Assembly: GCA_963708075.1 (NCBI GenBank) | Contig: OY970194.1 | Location: 6,880,001-6,944,000 of the forward strand | DNA from: Sedimentisphaerales bacterium | Lineage (GTDB): Bacteria > Planctomycetota > Phycisphaerae > Sedimentisphaerales > Anaerobacaceae | Direction of reading: 5' to 3' | DNA: 64,000 nt | In this document: positions 9,163 through 20,407 of the stretch, piece after piece | Layout of the letters: every line of letters starts with the position of its first letter | How positions within the stretch are numbered: the stretch's first letter is position 1 | Made by a program: the position numbers and the translations under genes | Notes under the pieces: model-generated | What the model was told of the DNA's origin: nothing | The model's input: the letters and a program-made list of their open reading frames with translations, nothing else | Database searches by the model: none

Positions 9163-11244
9163 TCAGCTACCATAACCCATCAGTTCGTCATTAGACAACT
9201 CCTTGTTTGGCACAAGTCGGTAATGCTTTTCCTCTTTGATCTTTATTTCTCCCTCGGATAACTCGAATTCGAACATCGCAACTAACTCTCCGTCTACAAA
9301 CTGCGTGGCAATCGGACGGCACTTTATCGCTGGAAATTTCGATTTGCAGATGGCAAGGTCTTGTTCTATCTGGATGATGCCAATCATATCTTTGGCGCCC
9401 TTGGCCTGGATAGGAAAAACAAACTGTTCGCCACTCTTGCTGATACCGATGTACAGTTCGTCGATTTCACCTCCACCCATACCCGGTACAGAGGTCCTTA
9501 GATGGCTCTGGAGCGAATAGCAGGTCACCCCTGTAAAGATGTCTATGAGTCGATTATACCGTACTATCGCCAAAAGGGCCTGCTCGTCGCTCAGTGCATA
9601 CCGCCGGATCACCTCTGGCGTAGCATCAGGTACCTTGATCGTGGACAATCTGGGATTTGGCCTAATCTGGTGCATTGAGGCTTTTGCAAATACGTACTTT
9701 GACCGCCCCACAGATCGTATCACCCACTCCTGGTCTGCATCAAGAAGCTTCCTCATGCTTTCGGGTAACGCACCTCTATACCGGAAGGTGTAGGGAATAT
9801 CGCCAAGATTGAGCGGGACTTCTATGCCCAACTCGCCAGCAGCGTCAACAAACTCCTGCCGCTCGAAGTATACCTCGGTGGCACCCTCCTTGTAGTGCTT
9901 GAAGAACACATGCTCGATGATCTGGGCATAACGAGTGGGGTTTCTCCCTTCCTTTGTCTTCTTTTTCGCCATCTTCTTCTCCCCTGGCCATTCCAGAACC
10001 AAGACTTCTTCACGTAGTTGTTCACCTGTCGCTGTCGATAAACGTGTTCTAAACAAGTCAAGCGAAAGGACTTCGTACCCGATCTCGTGGGCGATATCGG
10101 CCAGAAGCTCTCCCGTGCGGATTAGGACCTGTAGGAATGATGCTTGGTCACCAACAACGTAGGCCAACTTCGCACCAGGTTTCAGGACCCGTTTCATCTG
10201 CTCGAAATGTCGTTTCATTCCGCCAAAGTACAGTTTTGTGACTCGATGGTATAGGCGTTCAAAGCCAGAGTCCTTGTTAAGATCTATGCGCCGCCTCTCG
10301 ATTTCATCTGCAATCGCGTTTATTCTGCGATTGCCTGAGACGGCCAGGTCATCGTCATCACTACGATAGACATTTCGCGTATTGGAACGGAGCAGGCTCT
10401 CTTTAAGCAAACGCAAATCCTGCTTGGATCTTACGAAACCGAGGAGGACACTCTCAAGGCGTGTCGTACGCGTATAGTCCTTCTCATTCGGGTATGGAGG
10501 CGATGTAATCAGTCCATCGACAGAGCCTGGCGGAAGGTCACTAAGCATTTGCCTTGCATCTCCGAGCACACATTTCGCGTCAACGGAGGTAAGAGCCGCA
10601 AACTCTCTGAGGTCGCCAGCCATTTCATTGATCTTGTTCAACCAACTCTCAAGAACAGGCGCGTCAGTCTTCTTGTTGCTCCCTACGCCCACCTCAGGTC
10701 CAAACTTCAGATTGCTCGCAACAAACACTGAAACGAACGCAAATGCTAGCAACTCAATGTTGCGCAGCGATGGATCGCGCCCTCTCTCTATCGCTTCACG
10801 AAGGATGAGACACTTATGGAGTGGGAGCGGACTGATTGAATCCGTAAGAAGCAGATTCTCCTCTTCGCCGGGCAAGGTCCGTCGTTCACCGTTCCATTCC
10901 TCCATTGCGCGGTGCGCGCGTTGAACGACTGCGCCCGCATGCTGAACAAGTCGCTCAGGCTCGACAGACCAGTTTGTTTTCACCTTTGATGCGAAGCATG
11001 CCATAGGATGAGCTTCAACGCCGTAAGCTCTGATCCCATTCTTCTTCGCCTCTACAAGAGTTGTTCCCGTTCCGCAGAACGGGTCCAGAACCAGATGATC
11101 CCGGGTCAGTCCAAAGCGGGAGAAATAGGTCCGCACAAGATGCGGCGGGTAGGACAAGACAAAACGGTACCAATCGTGGAACGCGCGATCCGCGTCTTTC
11201 AACTTGTTGTGACGCAAGTCTTTAGGTGCTAACAATTCTTCCAT
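9163..11244 (-). CDS. Amino-DNA methyltransferase (SPPY, N4C-type) fused in-frame to putative restriction endonuclease
   Basis: VLDPFCGTGTT and ITSPPY motifs; C-terminal EIDELY...PIQAK PD-(D/E)xK-like motif; internal SD+ATG at 9972. Confidence 0.8.
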   Translation of the reverse strand: MEELLAPKDLRHNKLKDADRAFHDWYRFVLSYPPHLVRTYFSRFGLTRDHLVLDPFCGTGTTLVEAKKNGIRAYGVEAHPMACFASKVKTNWSVEPERLVQHAGAVVQRAHRAMEEWNGERRTLPGEEENLLLTDSISPLPLHKCLILREAIERGRDPSLRNIELLAFAFVSVFVASNLKFGPEVGVGSNKKTDAPVLESWLNKINEMAGDLREFAALTSVDAKCVLGDARQMLSDLPPGSVDGLITSPPYPNEKDYTRTTRLESVLLGFVRSKQDLRLLKESLLRSNTRNVYRSDDDDLAVSGNRRINAIADEIERRRIDLNKDSGFERLYHRVTKLYFGGMKRHFEQMKRVLKPGAKLAYVVGDQASFLQVLIRTGELLADIAHEIGYEVLSLDLFRTRLSTATGEQLREEVLVLEWPGEKKMAKKKTKEGRNPTRYAQIIEHVFFKHYKEGATEVYFERQEFVDAAGELGIEVPLNLGDIPYTFRYRGALPESMRKLLDADQEWVIRSVGRSKYVFAKASMHQIRPNPRLSTIKVPDATPEVIRRYALSDEQALLAIVRYNRLIDIFTGVTCYSLQSHLRTSVPGMGGGEIDELYIGISKSGEQFVFPIQAKGAKDMIGIIQIEQDLAICKSKFPAIKCRPIATQFVDGELVAMFEFELSEGEIKIKEEKHYRLVPNKELSNDELMGYGS

Positions 11245-11874
11245 GAATCCCAGAGCCGTCTGCATTACAGGGTACACCTATCTGTCCCGAATACAACGAG
11301 ACCGGGTCATTGTAGGGCCGTTGCCCCGCTTCCGCAAGCCGCTTACGGGGAATTCCACGCTGACCTCGATTAGTCTCAAGGTGAGGGTCTGGAGCCTTGG
11401 GGCAGGGGAATCAGTGTCCGTGGCTTGGTCTTTTTCCGGTTGTTGGCATGTCAGGCGAGGGTATAATGGCTCATGGCTGGGAGAAATCAGCCGGGGGGGA
11501 AACGGGGTCAGGTCCTGCAATGTGGAATTATTAGGAAGATGTGGTGTGCGGTGCACGCCCTACAGGATTGTGTCTCTCGCGAAGGCGCGAAGGGCAGAGA
11601 GGGTTTCGGGTTGTTAGTTGTTGGTTGCCCATAGGGGAGGTGGGGATATAATGGCTTTGGCTGGGGGCATCAGCAGGCAGAAATCTGCGGCGCCGGGCGA
11701 ATGTGAGGGCGCCTACTGGTGAAGGGCCGAATAATGAGCACGTGTCAGGAGTTGCGGGCCGGTGCAGACGAGGGGACTGGATAGAGGAATTGCATGGACG
11801 AGCTAGGGAAGGTGGAACAACCGGAGGGGCGGGACACGCCGAGCCAAGCTGAGCCGGTGGGCGGCCAGATCCTA

Positions 11875-12049
11875 GGAGGACCGGGGGTCGCACCTGCGCA
11901 CCTACACATTTCACTTTCCGCAAATCTCCGCGTCCTCTTCGGTTCTCACCACAACTGTCCGGCCCGTGGGGGCTGGCTACCAACTTCTCGCAGCTTCATC
12001 AGAGGTGCACAACTGACGGTATTATGGCAGACGCGGGCGGAGGCCGCAA
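11875..12049 (-). ncRNA. Promoter + conserved element, copy 2, followed by gtgaaatgtgtaggtgc-gacccc site
   Basis: TTGCGG-17-CATAAT; same core as copy 1. Confidence 0.55.
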
Positions 12050-12756
12050 GCCGAAAGTGATAGGCGATACGTGATAAGTGGCAAGTGTGAAGCGGGAAGC
12101 CGGGGGGGGCGGGAGGCCCGGATTTCGGATTGCGGAATGACCAGCAGGTGTCGGGGGTCAGGGGCCGGGGTTCAGCAGGGCAATCATTTCTGACCCCTGA
12201 TCCCTAATCAGTGTTCATCCGGGTTCATCAGCGGTTTTCATTTTCTCCGTGGCCTCCGTGCCTCCGTGGTGAGAGACTCTGGATTCCCGCCTCCGCGAGA
12301 ATGACATGGAATCCGCGTGGATTGAGAATCCACCCTACACACTACTCTCTGCGTCCCTGCGTCTCCGCGTGAGTTGATCTTTTTTCGCGTAGTTCGCGTC
12401 CCCCGATCGGGTCGAGGGCAAGCCTTCGCGGTCGAGAATACGCGTGGGTTAAGAACCCACCCTACTACTTCGTGGTCTTCGGGCCCTTCGTGGTGGAGAG
12501 CCTGGATTCCTGCCCTCGCGGGAATGGTATGGAATCCGCGTGGGTTGAGAACCCACCCTACATACTGAAAACAGCCGGAATGGTCGTGCGGGGACGCATG
12601 ACCCCCGATCAGGTCGGGGGCAGGCTCTACGAAGAGGCTTATGGATGGCCACCGTATTCCGGCCGTGACTCCCGGTGCGCGGAGGGCGATTGTGCGAAAC
12701 GAAACCAGTCGGCGGGCTTGGCTCAGGACACAACGGGTCAGGATTGGCGTTCCGGA

Positions 12757-14304
12757 TCAGGCCTGAGCGGGTTTCAGCGTCTCCTCGTGGGTGCGGGGGG
12801 AGTGTACGACGTTGATGCCGTACATCTGGCAGAAGGCCTCAACGTCGCGCCGGTGATTGCCGTAGAAGACGACCTGGTGAAATCCCAGGACGTCCCGGCA
12901 ATCCTCAATGCCGTCCATCTGGATCTCGACACTCGTTCGGCAGCCGCCGGCCGGAGGCGTGTTCACGTTGCCGACCACGGTGCCTGTGTCGAGATAGAGT
13001 GCGTCGGGCGTGAAGAATTGCACGAGCGTCACCGGCCGGCCGACCGGCCAGAGGACCTGCGGCGAGACGCCCAGGCTCGATTCGGAGTGGCTGCGGAGAA
13101 TGTACGGGGCGTGCTCTTTTTGGCGATCCAGGCCGTAGATCCGCGTGCCGCTGACGCAGTGCGCCGCGATCAGCACGTTCTTGACGGTCTCGGGCACCGG
13201 ATCATTCATGAATCCGGGCTTGTCGAACAGATAGCTCGTCAGCATGAGCGAGACCGCCGGGGCAACCGCCGCTTCGCAGCCGTAGGTCACCCCCGCATCC
13301 TGGAAGATCGACGCGCCCATGCACGGCGGGGTCGGCACTTTCTTCTGCGTGACCATGCCCAGACAGTCGGTTGTCAGTGCGTTGCAGCTTTCGTTCTTGA
13401 GCAGTTGCTTGGCGGCAATGTACGACCGTGCGGCGTTGAGGCCGTCCTGTTTCGTCGGCTCCACCACCTTCTCGGCCTCGCGGAATCGCTGATGCGCGAC
13501 CCACTTGGCTTCCTCGCTGACCGGCGTCTGGCTGAACATCTCCTCGAAGGTCGCCCGGGGGACATGCTGGAGGCTCACGAGACCGAATTTGTCTTCCTGA
13601 CGCTCGTTGCCGCTTAGAACGAGCATTCTGGTTGCTTCGAGCTGCCGTTTGGCGCGGATCATGCGCAGGGCCTGCTCGATGGCCGGCGTTTCCAGTGATG
13701 AGATGACGTGGACGCCTCTTTGGAAGGCGAGGCTGTTCACGTGTCCCGTGAAGGCGGTGCCGACGGGAGCAAAGACGATCGTGGGCACGCCGGCCTTGGC
13801 AATCTCGCTCGCCATGCCCCAGTACGCGAAATGCTGGAGGGTGACCAGGACGGCGTCGGGTTTCTCGGCCTGCACTTTCTGGACGAACGAGGCGACGGCC
13901 GCATTCTCTTCGAGGGGCTGCGCCTCTTGGATGATTTCGACGCCCACTCGCTGGGCGGCATCGGCGGTTGCCTTGGCGTACCTTGCCCGCTCGCCCTCGA
14001 CATCGTACGACGTACCCGGCCAGCCGAGCCAATAAGGCGGCTTCTGGCGTGCGACCACGCTCATCACCCGGACCTTCGGTCGCGGCCGGAACGAGGCCAG
14101 ACTGATCTCCTCGTTCGATTTGGGCGCGGTGTGGAGTGAACGGGCGAAAGATGTTTCGCCCCTACCGGCACACCCTGTCGCCAGCGCCGCTGTGCAAGCC
14201 GCGGCTGTGCCCAGGAACGCTCGCCGGGACATCGCGCAGCAACTGCATGGATGATTGTGGATAATGGGTCTTTCGCTTGATGTGGGCCGATTCCTTGGCG
14301 ACAT
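12757..14304 (-). CDS. Tat-exported protein, L-fucose/L-arabinose isomerase-like fold
   Basis: SRRAFL Tat motif; DCLG..P.PC, YGCEA, GFMNDP, AHC, CRT, GFHQV pattern. Confidence 0.55.
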   Translation of the reverse strand: MSPRNRPTSSERPIIHNHPCSCCAMSRRAFLGTAAACTAALATGCAGRGETSFARSLHTAPKSNEEISLASFRPRPKVRVMSVVARQKPPYWLGWPGTSYDVEGERARYAKATADAAQRVGVEIIQEAQPLEENAAVASFVQKVQAEKPDAVLVTLQHFAYWGMASEIAKAGVPTIVFAPVGTAFTGHVNSLAFQRGVHVISSLETPAIEQALRMIRAKRQLEATRMLVLSGNERQEDKFGLVSLQHVPRATFEEMFSQTPVSEEAKWVAHQRFREAEKVVEPTKQDGLNAARSYIAAKQLLKNESCNALTTDCLGMVTQKKVPTPPCMGASIFQDAGVTYGCEAAVAPAVSLMLTSYLFDKPGFMNDPVPETVKNVLIAAHCVSGTRIYGLDRQKEHAPYILRSHSESSLGVSPQVLWPVGRPVTLVQFFTPDALYLDTGTVVGNVNTPPAGGCRTSVEIQMDGIEDCRDVLGFHQVVFYGNHRRDVEAFCQMYGINVVHSPRTHEETLKPAQA

Positions 14305-14615
14305 AGTTTTTCTCCTTAATGGTCTCCGGGACAGGACAGACTCTACACGGGGGTCGTGGCGCTTTCAAGCCCAAAAGCCCGGTGAGCTGTAGGGGTTTCT
14401 GTGCCTGCCGTGGCGGGTGCCGGCGTCACAATCACGGGCTCGCCCGGAACCATCCCGTGAGCCAATGTCGAATGTACAGACATTGGGCGGAGAAAAGGCG
14501 GGGTGTGCTTTGAATATACACTGTCCGAAGGGCGAGACGATCAGGCCTTTAGATTGCTCGGACGGTGTGCCCGATTCGGGGGCGGAATCGCAGATATGGA
14601 GGTTCTCTGCGTATC

Positions 14616-14813
14616 TCAGGTGCGCGGCTCGCCTTCCTGGACCGCATCCTTCAACTGGTCCCTGAGGTCCGGCGTGTCATCATAACCGTGAACCTTCACC
14701 ATGTGCTCCGCCGCGGTCTCGATGACTTCCTCGTCGGTGTCGGCCGAAATGGCTATGGTGCATTTCTGGGATGGATCCGGGTGCTCTCTACAATCGATGT
14801 ACTTTCTGGTCAT
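14616..14813 (-). CDS. DUF1059 family small protein
   Basis: YIDCRE.P....CTIAISADT..E....AAEH...VHG; SD AGGAGG. Confidence 0.85.
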   Translation of the reverse strand: MTRKYIDCREHPDPSQKCTIAISADTDEEVIETAAEHMVKVHGYDDTPDLRDQLKDAVQEGEPRT

Positions 14814-14927
14814 AGTAACCTCCTTTTTCGCACAGTACTATCACTTCCGGCGGGACCGTTGGAACTGGGGAAAACCTGATATCACATGCTCCAAACCCCG
14901 AGAGGGGGATGCTCCGGCATCGCTCGC

Positions 14928-15404
14928 TCAGGCGGGGGGCCGGGCGATGGGGCCGATGGTGGCGCCGGTGGCACGGATGTAGTCCTGCGGAGCGAGCAGG
15001 ATTTGCGTGCCGCGGATGCCGGCGGAAACGGAAATGATGTCGTAGAGTTGGGCGGTTTCATCGAGGTAAACAGGGTAGTCCTTTTTGCCCGCCAGGGCCG
15101 TCACGCCGCCGCGGATGTAGCCGGTCAGCGCCTGCAACTGGCTGACGGGCGTCAACTCGACCCGGCGATTGCCGGAGAGCCGGGCCAGGGCCTTCAGGTC
15201 CACCTCCGCATCGCCCGGCACGACCGCCATGAGGATGCCGTGCACATCGCCCCTGGCCACCAGGGTCTTGAAGACCTGGTCCGGCGGCAGACCGACCTGG
15301 CCGGCGACTTTGATTGCGCTGAGATCGTCCGGGTCCACCTCGTACTCCCGCAGCTCGTAGTGGATGCCCAGCTTGTCAAGTTGTCGTGTCGCGTTGGTCT
15401 TCAT
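14928..15404 (-). CDS. ybaK: Cys-tRNA(Pro) deacylase
   Basis: MKTNA.R.LD, QVFKTLV, TGYIRGG, ISVSAG.RG motifs. Confidence 0.9.
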   Translation of the reverse strand: MKTNATRQLDKLGIHYELREYEVDPDDLSAIKVAGQVGLPPDQVFKTLVARGDVHGILMAVVPGDAEVDLKALARLSGNRRVELTPVSQLQALTGYIRGGVTALAGKKDYPVYLDETAQLYDIISVSAGIRGTQILLAPQDYIRATGATIGPIARPPA

Positions 15405-15414
15405 CTCGAAGGAA

Positions 15415-15489
15415 TCGGGGTGACTGGACTTGAACCAGCGACCTTGTGGTCCCAAACCACACGCTCTAGCCAAACTGAGCTACACCCCG
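15415..15489 (-). tRNA. tRNA-Pro(UGG), CCA not encoded
   Basis: CGGGGTG acceptor, D arm AGCTCAGTTTGGCTAGAGC, anticodon loop TT-TGG-GA, T loop GTTCAAGT. Confidence 0.97.
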
Positions 15490-15599
15490 TGAATCTTACC
15501 CCAGAGATTATACCCGCCCCCCGGCCCCGACGCAACACGCCAATTGCCGCCGCCCCCCAAAATTCCGCCGCCCGCACGTGGCAAGGATGCGGCCGCCAT

Positions 15600-15765
15600 T
15601 CGGTGGCGGATTCGGGGCTCCGCGTAGGACGAGCGTCCTCGCTCGTCCTCTTTCGGCTGTGGCCTTGTACAGGATCCAGTCCGTTGCAAGGGCCCGGACT
15701 GGTCGTGCGGGGACGCACGGCCTACGAAGAGGCTCGCCGACTGCCACCGTATTCCGACCACACCC
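15600..15765. repeat. REPIN-like doublet of GTAG-hairpins (also ~35750-35910 inverted, 45897-46056, partial 12580-12665)
   Basis: GTAG-GACGAGCG-TCCT-CGCTCGTC facing GGTCGTGCG-GGGA-CGCACG(A/G)C-CTAC with conserved spacer. Confidence 0.85.
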
Positions 15766-16195
15766 CGTGGCAAGGGCGTCCGGCCCTTGTCTGCAACGGC
15801 AAGAGGGGCGCCGCCGGAGCTTGCCAAGCATAGAGGCCACTCCGCCGCCGGGAAGAGCTCTGCGCGGCCTCCGACCGCAACCAAATCAACTCGCGCAGAG
15901 ACGCCGAGGCGCAGAGATAATGCAACCGCCGATAAACGCGGATGCCGACCCTGTCATTCCTGCGGAAGCAGGAATCCATCTTCTGGGAACTGACAACCCA
16001 CAACTGACAACTGACCATTCTGCCACAGAGGACACGGAGCCCGCAGAGGAAGACTCCAAGAACCGGCAACTGACAACTGTCCTCAATCCGCAATCCCCAG
16101 TCCCTTACTGCCTCCGACTTCTCACTTCGAACATCAAACTTCACACTTGACACTTCCTCCCAATCATAAATCATAAATCATAAATCCCAACGCTC

Positions 16196-16408
16196 TTGCC
16201 TTCTCCGCCTGCCTTCGCCATAATACCGGTAGTTTTGCACCTCTGAGAAAGCTGCGACAAGTTGGTTGGCGGTCCCCATGGGCCGGACTGATGTGGTGAG
16301 GCCGATATGAGTGGGACGGCCATAACGGCGTCAAGGCCGAGGGATAAATGAGACTGAGGAAGGCGGAAATAGGTGACTGTCCCTAGATTCCACCTCTAGA
16401 TTCCACCT
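16196..16408 (+). ncRNA. Promoter + conserved element, copy 3, followed by ataggtgactgtccctag site
   Basis: TTGCCT-17-CATAAT; diverged core (ctgagaaagctgcgacaag...ccccatgggccggac). Confidence 0.5.
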
Positions 16409-16448
16409 CCGTTCTTCCTCATGCTTCGACCAGCACCCGGAATTTGCC

Positions 16449-17822
16449 TCAGCCCTCGGCGACTGCCAGCTTCGCGTCGGGAATCGCTGAAGCGTCGATG
16501 TCCCCATTCCACAGGTACCTGCGCGTTTCGAGGACCACGACGCCCGACAGCGCGAACAGAGAAATAACGTTCGGAATGACCATCAGGGCATTGGCGATGT
16601 CGGCGAACGACCATACCGCTCGCAGCGTCGACAGCGAGCCGACCATCACGGCCGCCACCCAGAGCAATCGATAGGGTTTTACGACGCGCGAACCCAACAG
16701 GTATTCCGCTGCCTTCTCGCCATAGTACGACCACCCGAGGATCGTTGAAAAGACGAAGGTGAGGAGGCTCACGCTCAAGACGATGGGCCCGACAAACGAC
16801 ATGCCTTCGAACGCCACCTTTGTCAGCGCGGCCCCGTTATGCCCCTGTATCCACTGGCCGGAATTGACGATCACCAGGCCCGTCAGGGCGCAGACAACGA
16901 CCGTATCCCAGAACGTGCCGGTCGAGGACACGAGGGCCTGCCTCACCGGATTCTTCGTCTGGGCGGCGGCGGCGACGATCGGCGCGCTGCCGAGCCCCGA
17001 CTCGTTGCTGAAGAGCCCCCGGGCGATCCCGTACCGCGCCGCCTCCCTGACCGTTGTCCCGAGAAATCCTCCGACGGCCGCCTGTCCCGTGAAGGCCCCT
17101 GAGACGATCAGGCGGATGGTCTCGGGAATCGTTTCGTAGCGCATAGCCAGTAGAATGATCGAACCGATGACGAAGAAGATGGCCATGAATGGCACGAGCC
17201 ATTCGCACCAGGCGGCGATGGATTTGATGCCGCCGAGAATGACCAGGGCGGTGAGCGCCGTGATAACGATCCCTGTGATCCACTGCGGCACGCCGAAGGT
17301 CTCGCGGACCATGGCGGCCACCGAGTTCGCCTGCACCATGTTCCCGATGCCGAAGGCGGCGATCGTCGTGAGCCCCGCGAAGACGAGTCCGAGCCAGCGG
17401 CAGTGCATCCCGCGTTCGAGCACGTACATCGGGCCGCCCGCCATGGCTCCCGATTTCGTCGTGATGCGGTACTTGACCGACAGCACCGCTTCCGCGTACT
17501 TGGTCGCGATCCCGAAGACGCCCGTAAGCCAGAGCCAGAGGACCGCGCCCGGCCCGCCCGATGCTACGGCCGTGGCGACGCCGACGATATTGCCGGTGCC
17601 GATCGTCGCCGCCAGCGCCGTCGTCAGGGCGCCGAACTGACTGATGTCGCCCTGGCCCTCCTGCGAACGCTTCACGGACAGCCGGATCGCTTTGCCCACA
17701 TACCTCTGAATGAAACGCAGCCGAATCGTGAGGAAGATATGAGTCCCGAACAGGAGGATGAGCATGGGGGGACCCCACACGAGATCGCTTAACCACGCGA
17801 GTAACTTATCAACGGCCTCCAT
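16449..17822 (-). CDS. Alanine/glycine:cation symporter (AGCS family)
   Basis: ALAATIGTGNIVGVA, GGPGA, RGLFSNESGLGSAP, FSTILGWSYYGE. Confidence 0.95.
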   Translation of the reverse strand: MEAVDKLLAWLSDLVWGPPMLILLFGTHIFLTIRLRFIQRYVGKAIRLSVKRSQEGQGDISQFGALTTALAATIGTGNIVGVATAVASGGPGAVLWLWLTGVFGIATKYAEAVLSVKYRITTKSGAMAGGPMYVLERGMHCRWLGLVFAGLTTIAAFGIGNMVQANSVAAMVRETFGVPQWITGIVITALTALVILGGIKSIAAWCEWLVPFMAIFFVIGSIILLAMRYETIPETIRLIVSGAFTGQAAVGGFLGTTVREAARYGIARGLFSNESGLGSAPIVAAAAQTKNPVRQALVSSTGTFWDTVVVCALTGLVIVNSGQWIQGHNGAALTKVAFEGMSFVGPIVLSVSLLTFVFSTILGWSYYGEKAAEYLLGSRVVKPYRLLWVAAVMVGSLSTLRAVWSFADIANALMVIPNVISLFALSGVVVLETRRYLWNGDIDASAIPDAKLAVAEG

Positions 17823-18150
17823 GCCTTGGCTCCTTTGCCGAGATTCCAAATGACAGAACGAATGAGAAGATTCTATCAAAGGCAAGCCATCGGTCAATGA
17901 TCTGCATCAATGGGCTAAGGTGCCGCATCATGCGGCGTTCCGTCATCGCCCGGCCCCGCCGTGCCCCCAACCGGCAACTGCCAACGGATTATCAACCGCG
18001 GATAAACGCAGGTGAACGCCGATTTTCAACCTGTAATTGCCTTTTCATTCCGCATTCATCATCGCCTCCGACTTCCCACTTCACACTTCAAACCACTTAT
18101 CACCTATCACTTCTCACTTGCGGGCCCCGCCTGACAGGCACACACGCTGC

Positions 18151-19593
18151 TCAAGTATACGCAGCGCCGATCCGATCGCCGGTTCTTCTCACCCAGTCCT
18201 TCAGAAGTCGCCTGTGCCTGTCCAGGACGTTCTCCATCCCCGGGGCTTCGGCAAGATTCTTCATCTCACCCGGGTCGTCCTTCAGATCCACAAGCCACTC
18301 ACGCCGTTCACCGGAATCATAGATGCTGTACTTGAACCGATCCGTCCGCAGCATCCTGCCGTTCTGGCTCTCCGAGACGACGAAATCACGCCATCCCTCC
18401 ACGGGCCTGTTTTGCGTCAGCGGTCGCAGACTCCTGCCGGGGAGTCCCGCAGGCGTCTCTATCCCCGCGAAGTCACACAGGGTGGGAAGCAGGTCGAGAC
18501 CGTTGGAAACCAGGTGCAGGTCGTCAACCACTCCCCTGGGGATCCCGCCGCCGAGACTCATTACGAATGGAACCCGCACGGCTTCTTCATAGAGCACCGA
18601 CTTGTGCTCCAGCCTGTGTGATGCGTCCATATCGCCGTGATCGCTGGTGAAGACGATGAGGGTATTGTCTTCGAGGCCCGCCTCCCGGACGGCGTCGAGG
18701 AGTATCCCGATCTGCTCGTCCACCATCTCGGTCAACCGGCAGTAGGCCCAGCGGTGTAATCGCCACTGGTCTTCGCTCCAGTTCGCACGGACATGCGCTC
18801 GAAACGCGCTCGCATCGACGTACTTGTGCGTTATGCATCCCGGCTCATCCTCCGGGATCCCGTAGTTTGACGGCAGCGGCGGACAGTTGTTCCGCACGAA
18901 ATCGGCCAGGTCTCCAGCTCCCCTCACCCGATCCAGCACGGCCTCACAGGTCTTGGAACCCACAGTGCCGGCTGGGGGCTGTCCATTGGCACGCGAGTGG
19001 GCGTTGATCGCCATGTAACAGATATCGTGCGGATTCATGAACGACGCGAAGAGCAGGAACGGGCTCGCATGGGGACTCTTGATGAATTTCGCACAGGCAT
19101 CCGCCAATCCCTGGCGCGAATCGTTGGTGAGATTCCGATATCCGATATTCTGCAGGTTCTCCATCCTGGCCGGCAGGTGCACCTTGCCGCCATACACGGT
19201 CTCGTAGCCCGCCTTCCGGAAGAGGGAGCCAAGCGATTGCTGCACCATGATCTCGGTCACGGCGGCCCGTTCTATGTCGCCGTTATGGCTCATTCCGATG
19301 GCACTGGGCATGAGCCCCGTCTGCAGGCTGAACCGGCTTGGCACGCAGACCGGGTTAGAGGCATAGGTCTTTTCGAATCGGATGCCTGAGGCGGCGAGCC
19401 TGTCCATGGCAGGGGTTTTAAGCCACTTGTTGCCCGTGCAGCTCATCATGCCGGCGTGTTGCTGGTCGGTCATGATGAACAGGATGTTGGGCCGGCGTTG
19501 TCCCGGTTGGCCGTGCGCGGTCATCGGGGTCCGCGCGAACGTCAGCCCACCGGCCGCCGTCATCGCCGCGGCAATAAACTCTCGTCTCCTCAT
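18151..19593 (-). CDS. Tat-exported sulfatase
   Basis: RRREF Tat; PNILFIMTDQ; CVPSR; FTSDHGD. Confidence 0.92.
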   Translation of the reverse strand: MRRREFIAAAMTAAGGLTFARTPMTAHGQPGQRRPNILFIMTDQQHAGMMSCTGNKWLKTPAMDRLAASGIRFEKTYASNPVCVPSRFSLQTGLMPSAIGMSHNGDIERAAVTEIMVQQSLGSLFRKAGYETVYGGKVHLPARMENLQNIGYRNLTNDSRQGLADACAKFIKSPHASPFLLFASFMNPHDICYMAINAHSRANGQPPAGTVGSKTCEAVLDRVRGAGDLADFVRNNCPPLPSNYGIPEDEPGCITHKYVDASAFRAHVRANWSEDQWRLHRWAYCRLTEMVDEQIGILLDAVREAGLEDNTLIVFTSDHGDMDASHRLEHKSVLYEEAVRVPFVMSLGGGIPRGVVDDLHLVSNGLDLLPTLCDFAGIETPAGLPGRSLRPLTQNRPVEGWRDFVVSESQNGRMLRTDRFKYSIYDSGERREWLVDLKDDPGEMKNLAEAPGMENVLDRHRRLLKDWVRRTGDRIGAAYT

Positions 19594-20028
19594 AAGTCGT
19601 GATCCTCCTGGCCTGCGACAATCAAAACCACCTGCTCCAACGGTTCTCTGTTCAGTAGTGATCCTACCAGCGATTTGGCTCACAATCAAGGCCGGCCATT
19701 CTCCCAATGCCCGGAACCTCACGCCGCCCCCTGATCCCTCTGTCCACCGTCAACTGACAACTGAGAACTGACAACAACTGATCATCTCGCGCAGAGACGC
19801 CGAGGCGCAGAGGATAGTACGTAGGGTGGATTCTCAACCCACGCGGATTCTGATTGTTCGCCACGGAGAGCACCGAGAACACGGAGAACAGAGCATCAAA
19901 GGCGATGGGGGAGGAACGTAGGAAGGGAAGAAGGTAAGGACTGCCCAATCCGCATTCCGCAATCACACGGCCCCGCCGTGCCTTCTCATTCCGCATTCCG
20001 CAATCCGCACTCCGCAATCGGAAGCCTC

Positions 20029-20192
20029 TTGCCGGCCCCGCCCGCGTCTGCCATAATACCGGCAGTTTCACACCTCTGATGAAGCTGCGAGAAGTTGGTC
20101 GGTGGCCCCCACGGGCCGGACAGATGTGGTGAGGCCAAAGAGGACGCGGAGATTTGCGGAAAGTGAAATGTGTAGGTGCGACCCCCGGTCCT
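20029..20192 (+). ncRNA. Promoter + conserved element, copy 4, with site
   Basis: TTGCCG-17-CATAAT; core; gtgaaatgtgtaggtgcgacccc. Confidence 0.55.
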
Positions 20193-20407
20193 CCCCGCTA
20201 GCGCTCTGAGTGCCGAGGGCTTTGCCGAGGCCTTTCGACGGTTCGCATCTGATGAGGACGCTTCGCGTGTCCCTCCGGGGACTTTGGCGTCTGTCTTGTG
20301 GAGCGTCGAACGGCTGGGCCGGAGAACCATCACTTTCGACGGGTCACAGTAGCAGGGTGGGCTGTGTCCATCGCTCTTGTCTGAGTACCGGCTACCGCCT
20401 TTTTCCC

